DNA of 64,000 nucleotides from an uncultured Bdellovibrionales bacterium (GTDB lineage Bacteria; Patescibacteriota; Minisyncoccia; Moranbacterales; UBA9337): NCBI GenBank assembly GCA_964605525.1, contig CAZSCV010000004.1, positions 38,667 to 102,666 of the forward strand, read 5' to 3'. Shown piece by piece: positions 31,920 to 40,112 of this stretch (position 1 is its first letter; each line of letters starts with the position of its first letter). The notes under the pieces were generated by a model. It saw only the letters and a program-made list of their open reading frames with translations, ran no database searches and was not told where the DNA came from. The position numbers and the translations under genes were made by a program.

Positions 31920-31966
31920 TTAATACGGTTAGAACTGGATTTATAAAAAGAAGCTTTGTTTGGGAT
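31920..31966. repeat. repeat family copy R1 (ttaatacgGttagaactggatttata…agctttgttt)
   Basis: Shares 25/26 nt with R2 and a ~43-nt stretch (~88%) with R3. Confidence 0.55.
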
Positions 31967-31971
31967 TGACA

Positions 31972-32694
31972 TCATTCTTTGATTCCCAAAAACTCAAATA
32001 ATTCTTCTGAATAGTTGTTAATTATTAAATCATCCGTTAAGCCAATTTCTTCTTTTATTGAAGTAAGCGAGGAATCGTCACCCAATTCCCAGATATTATG
32101 AGCATCACTGCCTAAAATAACCTTTTTTCCATTTCTTCTAACAATATCAATGATTATCTTTAAATTTGAAATAGTGAACGACTGCAATTTTCTACCTTTT
32201 ATATAAGAAAAATTGACTTCCAGAAGAACATTGTTCTTGCAAGCTTCTTCGCTTATCTTTTCCATATCAACATCATAGGATTTTGTATTGAATGGATGTG
32301 TAATAATATCTATCTTTCCTGACCTAATCAGTTTGATTAATGTTTCAGTGTTACCTTCTTTCCCTTGGTCGATATATCCAGCGTTTTCATGAAAACTTGC
32401 CATAACAAAATCAAGTCTTTCAGCCAGTTTATCACTCACATCGATATCGCCGCCTTCATTGATAACATTCGCTTCAATTCCTTTTAGGACACGAATTCCA
32501 TCAACAACATCGGGAATCCTATCTAATGTCCTGAAATAAACTTCTGTTGTAAGGGTTTCCGCATTATTAGGACCATGGTCACTAATGCCGATAACATTCA
32601 TCTTTAACTTCTTTGCCTGTTCAATATACTCAACTAAAGTACATTGCGCATGACCGCTGGCAACTGTATGGAGATGGAGATCGATTTTTAACAT
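31972..32694 (-). CDS. PHP-domain phosphoesterase (histidinol-phosphatase-like)
   Basis: MLKIDLHLHTVASGHA…GISDHG… metal-binding His/Asp motifs; start at the internal Met. Confidence 0.7.
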   Translation of the reverse strand: MLKIDLHLHTVASGHAQCTLVEYIEQAKKLKMNVIGISDHGPNNAETLTTEVYFRTLDRIPDVVDGIRVLKGIEANVINEGGDIDVSDKLAERLDFVMASFHENAGYIDQGKEGNTETLIKLIRSGKIDIITHPFNTKSYDVDMEKISEEACKNNVLLEVNFSYIKGRKLQSFTISNLKIIIDIVRRNGKKVILGSDAHNIWELGDDSSLTSIKEEIGLTDDLIINNYSEELFEFLGIKE

Positions 32695-32889
32695 AGATAT
32701 TATATTTATTATGCATCTATTTTTATTATACCTATATTGTACGCCAAAAATTATGCTCAAGCAACACAAAAAATCCCCAAAATAATTTCAGGGATTTTCG
32801 ATTTAGAGCGGTTTTTACAATCAAGCTCGCCTGAAAACCGCCGTTTTAATTTGGCGGCTTCTTTTTCAAACGAAGGATGTGAAATGAAA

Positions 32890-33384
32890 TCAAGCATGAT
32901 TATTAAAATCAGTTCCTCTATAAAAGGCTAACTCATACGGAATTTCCTTTTTTGGCTCCGTTCCAATATATGGAGCTTCCGCGTGCGTCAAATCTTCCAG
33001 TTGCTTTCCATTCAAATTTCCATATTTCATGATAACTCGGTCAAGCATTTCTATTTCTTCCTTAGAAAAAACGGAGATCTTCGGATCTTTTAAGCATGTA
33101 TAAACTTCTGTTGCGTTATATCCGTTATGTTCGTTCACTGACTCAACTTTCAATGTTTTTTCTTTTGTCATTTCCGCCGTAATTTCATTCAGGGAAACTG
33201 GGAAAGGTCCCATTGGCAGTGCTTTATATTTGTCGCCAGTAAAATATTTTTGATTTTTTTCAAAAAAATCAAAATCAACGAAATAAAGCAATTTCGCCAG
33301 TTTTTTCTTTCCTCGAACTTCCTTGCCTAGCTTGGCGCAAAGATAAAGGATAGTTTGTTTATATTTTTCAGTATGCAGAGTCAT
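32890..33384 (-). CDS. Panacea-domain (SocA/DUF4065-like) protein, orphan antitoxin-like
   Basis: KKKLAKLLYFVDFDFFEKNQKYFTGDKYKALPMGPFP matches the Panacea pattern (KLQKLLY…G.P). Confidence 0.55.
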   Translation of the reverse strand: MTLHTEKYKQTILYLCAKLGKEVRGKKKLAKLLYFVDFDFFEKNQKYFTGDKYKALPMGPFPVSLNEITAEMTKEKTLKVESVNEHNGYNATEVYTCLKDPKISVFSKEEIEMLDRVIMKYGNLNGKQLEDLTHAEAPYIGTEPKKEIPYELAFYRGTDFNNHA

Positions 33385-33670
33385 ATTTTTTTCTATTTTA
33401 ATAATGCCATAATATCATTATTTATGCAATTTTTCTATATGTTTTAATACCATTTTTAACCAAAAATAATTTCACGCCAATTTCATCGGCGCACCGGGTG
33501 AATTCAAGAAGTAATTGCAATACTTCATTAAAGAAATATAATGGAGTGTATGAAAAAATTAGTTAAAAGCGTCAAGGATGGATCATTTTGCTCTGTGTGT
33601 AAATGATGATTTTTTGATGTATTTTAAGGCAGAACATGTTTTCAATCTTCCTTCGGGGAGTTTTTTATTT

Positions 33671-33703
33671 TGAATACTGAAAAAATATTTTTCAGTATTC
33701 AAA
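33671..33703. terminator. perfect 13-bp-arm palindrome overlapping the MFS stop codon
   Basis: gaatactgaaaaa-atat-ttttcagtattc followed by A/T runs; candidate bidirectional terminator. Confidence 0.4.
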
Positions 33704-34834
33704 TTTCATTATTTTTATCAGAGGATAAGTTCCGACCAAGAGAAAGATTGCAACCGATACTGACATCAACGCCATCATCGAAAATTTTTCCAGAATTATT
33801 CCTCCGGCAAACATAAAAATTGTCGCTCCAGCACGAATTATCAAACTATTCAAAGAAAGAACGCTTGAACGCACCGATTTTCCGATCATCGAATTTATAT
33901 CTACCATAAGTTTTGTTTCAAAATATCCTCGCATAAAATGCGCCGCAAACATTCCAATAAGTGAAATAGCAATAATATTCGTTGCGCCAATTGACAAAAC
34001 CGCTATCAATAAAACTAAAGTTGCCGAAAAAATGTTTAATTTCGAAAACTTTTCATAAAATTTCACACCAATCGCAATTAAAAGAGTTGCAACTCCGATT
34101 AAAACTCCCCAATATGCGACATCAAGATCAAGACTTAAAAATAGTGGATTATACAACCATTTGAAACTAAAAAAGAAAGCTCCGATAAGAGAATAGACGA
34201 CCATTATATTAAGAAGTTGTTTGTTGTTAATTGAGTATTTCAAGCCTTCAATTCCAAGACTGAAAATATTGGCGCCATTATCTTTTCCGCTCGCTTTTAT
34301 TTTTGTTGAAATTACTAAAATTGAAGCAAAAATCAAAAACACAGCAGTTAAATATAACGGGATTCTCAGATCGATTGCCGAAACAAATCCTCCAATTGAA
34401 ACCGCCAAAAACGTAATGATTATTCCGTATGATTTTACTTGGGAAAAATCTTTTTTAAAATCTTTGGATGCCGTATGCAAAAGAGCGTTGTCACTCCCGG
34501 AAACCAAAGATCCGCCCAACGCCAGCAAAAATAAGGTTGCGACATAAAACAAAACACCACCAGAAAAAGAAAGAAGGATATATGACAAAGCGAGAATAAG
34601 ATATCCCCAAAAAACAGATATTCGATGTGAATAATAATCGCCAATAACTCCGGTTGGATATTCCAAAAGCACGCTCATCACATAATAAAATCCGATAAGC
34701 TGAAAAATATGCTCGGTAGAAATTCCCCTGCCAGTCAAATACAAAACCATAGTTGCTATCCAAAACCGGGCGGAAAACAATATCTTTGCCAATTTTATTT
34801 TTACCAAGTCGCTCATAACTGAATAATACCACAA
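33692..34834 (-). CDS. MFS-type transporter
   Basis: 380 aa, ~12 predicted TM segments, G-rich loop motifs. Confidence 0.65.
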   Translation of the reverse strand: MWYYSVMSDLVKIKLAKILFSARFWIATMVLYLTGRGISTEHIFQLIGFYYVMSVLLEYPTGVIGDYYSHRISVFWGYLILALSYILLSFSGGVLFYVATLFLLALGGSLVSGSDNALLHTASKDFKKDFSQVKSYGIIITFLAVSIGGFVSAIDLRIPLYLTAVFLIFASILVISTKIKASGKDNGANIFSLGIEGLKYSINNKQLLNIMVVYSLIGAFFFSFKWLYNPLFLSLDLDVAYWGVLIGVATLLIAIGVKFYEKFSKLNIFSATLVLLIAVLSIGATNIIAISLIGMFAAHFMRGYFETKLMVDINSMIGKSVRSSVLSLNSLIIRAGATIFMFAGGIILEKFSMMALMSVSVAIFLLVGTYPLIKIMKFEY

Positions 34835-34880
34835 CAGAAAAAAACTCCCAAAATGAAATATTTCCGATTTTTTGGAGTTA

Positions 34881-34912
34881 CTTAATTAATACGATTAGAA
34901 CTGGATTTATAG
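34881..34912. repeat. repeat family copy R2 (cttaattaatacgAttagaactggatttatag)
   Basis: See R1; lies immediately upstream of a promoter-like sequence. Confidence 0.55.
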
Positions 34913-34921
34913 GAAATAATT

Positions 34922-34948
34922 TTGACAATACTTTAAATCTGATATAAT
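34922..34948 (+). promoter_or_regulatory. sigma70-like promoter (TTGACA-15nt-TATAAT)
   Basis: ttgaca at 34922-27, tataat at 34943-48; the spacer is short at 15 nt. Confidence 0.35.
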
Positions 34949-34954
34949 CTCCGA

Positions 34955-35059
34955 ATAAGCTGACAGGTGCCCGGCTCTGGGAAACCAGTGAACGGCGGCC
35001 GTAACTATAACGGTCCTTGGACAAATGTCCTATCCAAAAACCTGTCAGCTTTTTATTTT
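34955..35059 (+). ncRNA. candidate small structured RNA
   Basis: GC-enriched ~100-nt segment closed by an 11-bp long-range stem (agctgacaggt…acctgtcagct) followed by ttttatttt; internal hairpins ctgggaaaccag, ggccgtaactataacggtcc, ggacaaatgtcc. Flanked by R2 and R3. No family assigned. Confidence 0.35.
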
Positions 35060-35123
35060 GCACCAAAAATCAAAAAACTCCCCCTTCGAGGAGCCTTCTG
35101 TTTTTTGAGCGGGCTAGTGAGTG

Positions 35124-35160
35124 CGGTTAAAACTGGATTTATGAACAAAAGCTTTGTTGA
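35124..35160. repeat. repeat family copy R3 (cggttaAaactggatttatgaacaaaagctttgttg)
   Basis: See R1. Confidence 0.55.
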
Positions 35161-35172
35161 TCAAGATTGAAT

Positions 35173-35916
35173 TTAATCAGGCAGTAATCCCCACACCAAT
35201 TCGAAGATGCTTTTCAGGCTTTCGTGGATCTTCTTGCTTTCTATAATAAGTCCAAACTCTTCTTCATATGAAATAACTCCGACCTTATTATTTCCATAAA
35301 TATTCAATTCTATTGAAACATTATATTCATCCTTGGAAACAATCTTTGTTCTGCGCAAGTGTTGCTGATCTTTATCAATTAAGCTTCGGATTGCTTCGCT
35401 ATCCTGCAAAATAGCACGTACTGATATTTTTTTCTTTAGACGTCTAGGTATGTAATCCTCTAGGAAGAATTTCTCATCAAAATGCTTTACATACGCCTCA
35501 GAATACCAAGTCAACATTTCTTGATCTGGAAATTTTAAACTGTCTCGATAAACATCTTTAATCCCTTCCTCTCCCTCAAAATATCTGATCTCTGGTTTCT
35601 TATCAATTAAATTAGAAAAGGCCAGAAGCTGTGGCATAATCTTATCAATCTTATTTCTTCTCTCTTCAAGCATTGAATGCAATTTATGTGGATCTTCAGC
35701 AAAAAAGACTGAGGCTGCTTCTTTTTTAATAGAAGTAATAAGGCCTTTATCTTTAAGTGATTCAATCACCAAATAGGCCGTTGTCCTTTTAACTCCCGCT
35801 TTTTTGGCTAAACGACTTACTGTCGTTTCTCCCAATTCCAAAGCAGCCAGATATATTCCGGATTCATTTTCAGTTAGTCCTGCATCCAAAAGATCTTTTT
35901 GTAGGGTATTTTTCAT
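35173..35916 (-). CDS. TrmB-family transcriptional regulator
   Basis: N-terminal wHTH LTENESGIYLAALELGETTVSRLAKKAGVKRTTAYLVIESLKDKGLI; 247 aa. Confidence 0.65.
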   Translation of the reverse strand: MKNTLQKDLLDAGLTENESGIYLAALELGETTVSRLAKKAGVKRTTAYLVIESLKDKGLITSIKKEAASVFFAEDPHKLHSMLEERRNKIDKIMPQLLAFSNLIDKKPEIRYFEGEEGIKDVYRDSLKFPDQEMLTWYSEAYVKHFDEKFFLEDYIPRRLKKKISVRAILQDSEAIRSLIDKDQQHLRRTKIVSKDEYNVSIELNIYGNNKVGVISYEEEFGLIIESKKIHESLKSIFELVWGLLPD

Positions 35917-36166
35917 ATACTGTCGCCAATTATGTCAACATCATTATGATAGCATATTGTTTTAAATAAAGCAATAGTAGGCATTATTATTTTTCCATAG
36001 TCTTTATTATTGACGCTTTTGCTTTTTTCTGCTATACTGCATTGTTAAGATGAACTAACAAAAAAAATCTTAACGCCAGATCTTTTAAAACTAAATACCA
36101 GTCGACGGACTTAAAACGAAAAGAAGAATGTCATGGAATATAACAAAAAATCTGGGCTCTTGATGT

Positions 36167-36361
36167 TTGGGAAAAATATTTCCAGAGATGATCTGGATCA
36201 GGAGTTGCGGAAGTTTGAAAAAAAACAACAACGGGCAATATGATTGGACCTGGGATTGGGACTGTGACCGTACCGAGGAAGAATTGAGGTTTCTGGTCTG
36301 GATCAGTAGAGAGCTGACAGTGGAAGATGCAAAAGAAGTCTTTACTAAACTAACTAAATAA
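36167..36361 (+). CDS. small hypothetical protein (64 aa); frame uncertain
   Basis: Alternative overlapping 36-codon ORF from 36134; slightly GC-enriched. Confidence 0.25.
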   Translation: MGKIFPEMIWIRSCGSLKKNNNGQYDWTWDWDCDRTEEELRFLVWISRELTVEDAKEVFTKLTK

Positions 36362-36379
36362 AAATAAAGGGGGAATAAA

Positions 36380-36712
36380 ATGAAAACTAAACTTGTATTT
36401 GCAACAGCGGCTGAATTGTGTGGCGGTAAAGAAGATGATTGGTTCTGTATAGCTGCAGTATTGGCATCTGGCTACGCAAAACATTACCGTCCTGCAAGGA
36501 ACATTTCACATGAAGAAGTGTGCAAGCAATTAATTACTAGCTTTCATGTAGCATGCATTCTTGCTAACAATCCGTATCTGGATGAAGATGATCAGCAGTA
36601 CAAATTGAAATATGCAAGCACTAATTATGAGTCTACGGAATTCAGTGGTGTAAATGGATGGCTCGAGAATACTGTTGGCGGAAAAGCACTGTTTGCCTTC
36701 TTGGTTTATTAA
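36380..36712 (+). CDS. hypothetical protein (110 aa)
   Basis: Strong RBS aaaGGGGGaataaaATG; followed by a strong terminator. Confidence 0.5.
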   Translation: MKTKLVFATAAELCGGKEDDWFCIAAVLASGYAKHYRPARNISHEEVCKQLITSFHVACILANNPYLDEDDQQYKLKYASTNYESTEFSGVNGWLENTVGGKALFAFLVY

Positions 36713-36719
36713 GATGTAG

Positions 36720-36752
36720 CCCTGATAATCATTAATTATCAGGGCTTTTTTA
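36720..36752 (+). terminator. rho-independent terminator (12-bp stem)
   Basis: agccctgataat-cattaatt-atcagggct followed by ttttttatt. Confidence 0.7.
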
Positions 36753-36788
36753 TTAAAATTTATTTTAACCTCAAGACGGGTAAGGCAA

Positions 36789-36812
36789 CTTAATTAGAAC
36801 TGGATTTTATGG
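36789..36812. repeat. repeat family copy R4 (cttaattagaactggattttatgg)
   Basis: See R1. Confidence 0.5.
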
Positions 36813-36842
36813 CTTATCCATACATCACATATTTTCAAAATT

Positions 36843-36880
36843 AGGTTTTTTATGCACAAAAAAGGCTCCTGAGAGCCTAA
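36843..36880 (-). terminator. terminator of the minus-strand tRNA operon
   Basis: aggctc-ctg-agagcct hairpin with a T-run on the minus strand. Confidence 0.45.
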
Positions 36881-36959
36881 TTTTGAAGAATGTAAATTTT
36901 AATCTAAGTTAGAACCGTAAAATGCTTTAACAAAAACTAAATATAAGCAAAAGCTGATT

Positions 36960-37034
36960 TGGAGCGGGTAAGCAGAATCGAACTGCCGTCTCATCCTTGG
37001 CAAGGACGTATAATAGCCACTATACGATACCCGC
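36960..37034 (-). tRNA. tRNA-Gly (GCC), CCA encoded
   Basis: Reverse complement gcgggta…ttGCCaa…gcagttcgattctgc…tacccgc-t-cca; cloverleaf parsed by hand. Confidence 0.8.
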
Positions 37035-37167
37035 TTGTCGCGCCTTGCGCGCAATTTTCAATTTCTAATTTTAAATTTTTAAACAAATATTAATTTACCA
37101 ATTTCAAAATTAAATCATTTAAAATTCATTGAAAATTAAGAATTGTAAATTGGAAATTTCATTCAAG

Positions 37168-37240
37168 TGGGACCGGCTGGAATCGAACCAGCGACCAAAC
37201 GATTATGAGTCGTCCGCTCTAACCCCTGAGCTACGGTCCC
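37168..37240 (-). tRNA. tRNA-Met (CAT; initiator, elongator or Ile2 not distinguished), CCA encoded
   Basis: gggaccg-ta-gctcaggggttagagc…ctCATaa…gctggttcgattccagc-cggtccc-a-cca. Confidence 0.8.
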
Positions 37241-37330
37241 AAAAAAAAGCGCAAAGCTTAAAGTGAAAAACTTACAGCAAGTTTAATTGCTTTTCTTTAC
37301 ACTTTTCACTTTGCGCTTTTAATTTTATTG

Positions 37331-37635
37331 TGCCTCGGGTCAGAATCGGACTGACGACACAAGGATTTTCCTTATTTGTTATCTTGAGTTTCCCCAAGTA
37401 TCGGACTATCTCATCATCCCGCTTTTTTGGCGGGAGTCGGGCGCTATTATAGGATTATTGTTGGGACTCACCTATTAGTCTCTACACCTTTCTTGATACT
37501 AAAACCCATCAAGACTTGGCTCGGGATTACCATATTTTCACTTAGGCTTCCCCGAATTCACCCGATTTTCATCTCCGCATTACTGCGAAGTGGACCGAAA
37601 ACCAGTCCTTTGCTCTACCACTGAGCTACCGAGGC
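37331..37635 (-). tRNA. tRNA-Phe (GAA) interrupted by a group I intron in the anticodon loop
   Basis: Exon 1 (37604-37635, reverse complement) gcctcgg-ta-gctcagtggtagagc-a-aagga-cu; exon 2 (37331-37370) gaaaa-tcctt-gtgtc-gtcag-tccgatt-ctgac-ccgaggc-a. Joined loop CU-GAA-AA, variable loop GUGUC and A73 all match tRNA-Phe. Confidence 0.7.
37371..37603 (-). ncRNA. group I intron (233 nt) in tRNA-Phe
   Basis: 5' exon ends in U and pairs (ggacu with ggucc, U·G) with an internal guide-like sequence; intron ends in G. Group I core elements: P-like aaugcggag, R-like guagagacuaauagg, S-like gagauaguccg, P7 gacua/uaguc. No ORF inside. Confidence 0.65.
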
Positions 37636-37639
37636 TCTG

Positions 37640-37713
37640 TGCGCGCTGAGGGATTCGAACCCCCGACCCTCTCGGTGTAAACGAGATGCTCTAACCAACT
37701 GAGCTAAGCGCGC
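37640..37713 (-). tRNA. tRNA-Val (TAC)
   Basis: gcgcgct-ta-gctcagttggttagagc…ttTACac…gggggttcgaatccctc-agcgcgc-a; 4 nt from the tRNA-Phe 5' end. Confidence 0.8.
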
Positions 37714-37770
37714 ATATTTTCAATTTTTATGGCTGCGCCACGTGATAAAAATCACAATTTTTATTTTACG

Positions 37771-37857
37771 TGGTGGGCGAAAGAGGACTCGAACCTCCAA
37801 TCCCTTGCGAGAACTACCACCTCAAGGTAGCGCGTATACCAGTTCCGCCATCCGCCC
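37771..37857 (-). tRNA. tRNA-Leu (GAG), class II with long variable arm, CCA encoded
   Basis: gggcgga…ctacc-ttGAGgt-ggtag, long variable arm, ggaggttcgagtcctct, ttcgccc-a-cca. Confidence 0.75.
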
Positions 37858-37869
37858 TCTCCTGTGCCC

Positions 37870-37951
37870 TGTAACAAACTAATTACTGAATTGCTCCCGT
37901 CACGACGTCTTCATATCGGGACGCCGCATACCAATTCCGCCATCCGCCCTA
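37870..37951 (-). pseudogene. tRNA-like remnant: near-duplicate of the 5' end (acceptor + D arm) of tRNA-Leu, no T arm
   Basis: ataccaattccgccatccgccct versus tRNA-Leu ataccagttccgccatccgccct (~24/27); downstream part does not fold as a tRNA. Confidence 0.3.
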
Positions 37952-37987
37952 AGTATAACACACCACTTGCAGTACAACAAAATACAA

Positions 37988-38012
37988 AAAAGGCTAACTT
38001 AATAGCCTTTGG
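37988..38012 (-). terminator. rho-independent terminator after rplS
   Basis: Minus-strand aaggctattaagttagcctttttt. Confidence 0.5.
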
Positions 38013-38016
38013 TGAG

Positions 38017-38586
38017 CTATTTATTTTCTTTCTGATCTTCTTTTTCTTTCTTTTCAGCTTCTTCCTTTTTCTCTTCCGCCGGCGCCTTCTTCTCTTTTGC
38101 CTCTTCGGTTTTTTCCACCTTTTTTTCTTCCTTTACTTCCGCAATCTCTTTTTCAACTTCTTTGGATTCCTCTTCGATTTTTTCTTCAACAACAACCTCA
38201 TTTTTCACTTCTTCTTGTTTGCTTGTTTTTATATCTTTGGCATCAGTATATTTAAAACGCAACGACTTGGCAGTTTTTTCCCGTACGTAATAAAGTTTCG
38301 ATCTTCTTACTTTCGCCCTCTTTATCAATTCTATTTTTTCAATCATTGGAGAATTGGCAGGAATAATAAGCTCTACCCCCACTCCACTAGAAACTTTTCG
38401 CACTGTGATTATCGGAGAAGAACTTTGTCCGCCTTTAACAGCAATAATCATTCCTTCAAAAACCTGGGTTCTTTCTTTTTCTCCTTCTTTAATCTTTCGA
38501 AAGACGCGAACAACATCTCCTGATTGCAAAGCAAGAACTTTGCCGCTTCTCTGTGCCATATTAAATTCAATCAATTTCTTTTCCAT
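38017..38586 (-). CDS. rplS: 50S ribosomal protein L19 with Lys/Glu-rich C-terminal extension
   Basis: L19 core (FRKIKEGEKERTQVFEGMIIAVKGGQSSSPIITVRKVSSGVGVE…) plus ~75-aa KE-rich tail. Confidence 0.9.
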   Translation of the reverse strand: MEKKLIEFNMAQRSGKVLALQSGDVVRVFRKIKEGEKERTQVFEGMIIAVKGGQSSSPIITVRKVSSGVGVELIIPANSPMIEKIELIKRAKVRRSKLYYVREKTAKSLRFKYTDAKDIKTSKQEEVKNEVVVEEKIEEESKEVEKEIAEVKEEKKVEKTEEAKEKKAPAEEKKEEAEKKEKEDQKENK

Positions 38587-38909
38587 ATTTTTGTCAGACC
38601 GAAAACAAATAAAAAAACCTGCTATTCGGCTTAAGTAATAAAAACCTTTTAAAATTAAATCTACTCCATACTATACTCAAATCAAGATTTAGTCAATATC
38701 TGGTATTAGAAGAGTACATCTTGGACACTTTTGAATATTTCTACTTAAGAATTAAACCAACACTTGACACCCAGGTATTTTATTTATAATCTCAATCTTA
38801 TCCAAGTTCCTTAAAATTCAACCAAGGAGGTAGAATAACTAACTGACACAAAGCATTTTTATCAAAAAAAGACAGATAAAATCTCAAATCAAAAAAAGGA
38901 GCATGCGCA

Positions 38910-40037
38910 ATGAAAAAATTATTCTTAATTCTTACAATAATTTCTGTTCGTTTTTTAATTTCAAATTCTGCTTTTGCCTATGTTGAATGCAGTCAAGCGG
39001 ATACAATCCCCTGCACGTATAACGGTAACGACTACAACGGCTACTATCATCACTACTTAGGCGGTTCCTATTTTTTAAATAGCGAACATTGTCGAATTGA
39101 AGATGGAAATAATGTTAATCATTGGGATGACATCAGCTCGGGAGTTACCTACAATTTAATTTGTGAATATCCTTTTCCTGCTTTAGTTTTTTATCAAGAT
39201 AGCTTTTATGCTTATTTTTATTGGGGAGGATATTTTGCTATATTAAATCCTCCTACTGACTATTTTCTTTTTACCACTCTTGATCCGCCTGAAACGCCGT
39301 TCGGTTTTCCGCTTGATAAAGATTGCTCTGGAGTTCCTTGTACTCCGTATACTGCTCCAGTGTCATCAGTTATGGATCATTCAATGACTACTCCGTACAG
39401 TGAAAACAACACTGTGTTGGCGTTTAATGGAGAAGTCGGAGAAAAAACAAATGGATACAACTTAGGCTGTTACGCTAATTCCGAAAGCATACCATTTGAT
39501 ATGGGCATTAACTATGATGGCACTTATGACACAGGAGGAAGTTATTACTTATGTTACGATGGCCATCCCGGGTATGATTATCCGGCCACATGTGAAACAA
39601 CTCAAGTCAATGCTCCTGCTCAGGGTACCTTGTGTGTTGCGACTACGTATACTTCAGAACGTGATCCGTCAAATGTGTGGAGGAATGAAAGTTACTGTGG
39701 CACTATTCCGTCGGTAGTCATCACGAGATGGCAGGATACGGGAGGATATAATACTTTCTACATCCTTCATGAAGGATTGTATATCAATGGTTCAACAAAT
39801 GACTACATGACAGTTTTTCTCCATAGCGATGATTTGGAAAGCAGTGTGCGAGACGAGATTGAAGAAAACGGCTATGTCGAAGTTTCACAAAACCAGCATA
39901 TCGCTGAAGTTGGCGACATTGGTTCTCCTGGCGCTTGCCATATGCACGTCGAGGTGTACAAGAAGAATGGCGAGAGTTGGGATCGCGTGGATCCATATGG
40001 CGACGGAACCAATAATATTCTCTGGGAGCAAAATTGA
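38910..40037 (+). CDS. secreted M23-family metallopeptidase-like protein with Cys-rich N-terminal domain
   Basis: Signal peptide; HPGYDYP (HxxxD) and ACHMHVEV (HxH) motifs; RBS AGGAG. Confidence 0.55.
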   Translation: MKKLFLILTIISVRFLISNSAFAYVECSQADTIPCTYNGNDYNGYYHHYLGGSYFLNSEHCRIEDGNNVNHWDDISSGVTYNLICEYPFPALVFYQDSFYAYFYWGGYFAILNPPTDYFLFTTLDPPETPFGFPLDKDCSGVPCTPYTAPVSSVMDHSMTTPYSENNTVLAFNGEVGEKTNGYNLGCYANSESIPFDMGINYDGTYDTGGSYYLCYDGHPGYDYPATCETTQVNAPAQGTLCVATTYTSERDPSNVWRNESYCGTIPSVVITRWQDTGGYNTFYILHEGLYINGSTNDYMTVFLHSDDLESSVRDEIEENGYVEVSQNQHIAEVGDIGSPGACHMHVEVYKKNGESWDRVDPYGDGTNNILWEQN

Positions 40038-40069
40038 TCCTTTTCTAAAGCGGTAATTTCGCAAAACAA

Positions 40070-40107
40070 AGACCCCTGCCAGTAAATCTGACAGGGGTTG
40101 ATTTTTA
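40070..40107. terminator. bidirectional terminator hairpin
   Basis: cccctgcc-agtaaatct-gacagggg followed by ttgattttt. Confidence 0.45.
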
Positions 40108-40112
40108 TTATG

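Noticed and set aside
34967-35170. 67-aa ORF on + strand
   Set aside because: No RBS. It coincides with the stem-loop-rich candidate small RNA and its terminator and more likely reflects an RNA element than a protein.
36960-37857. Integrated element with att duplication at the tRNA cluster
   Set aside because: No integrase gene or 3'-tRNA duplication is seen. The only tRNA-like duplicate is a 5' fragment 13 bp from tRNA-Leu. The accessory character of 30.9-36.9 kb is noted, but an integrative element is not claimed.
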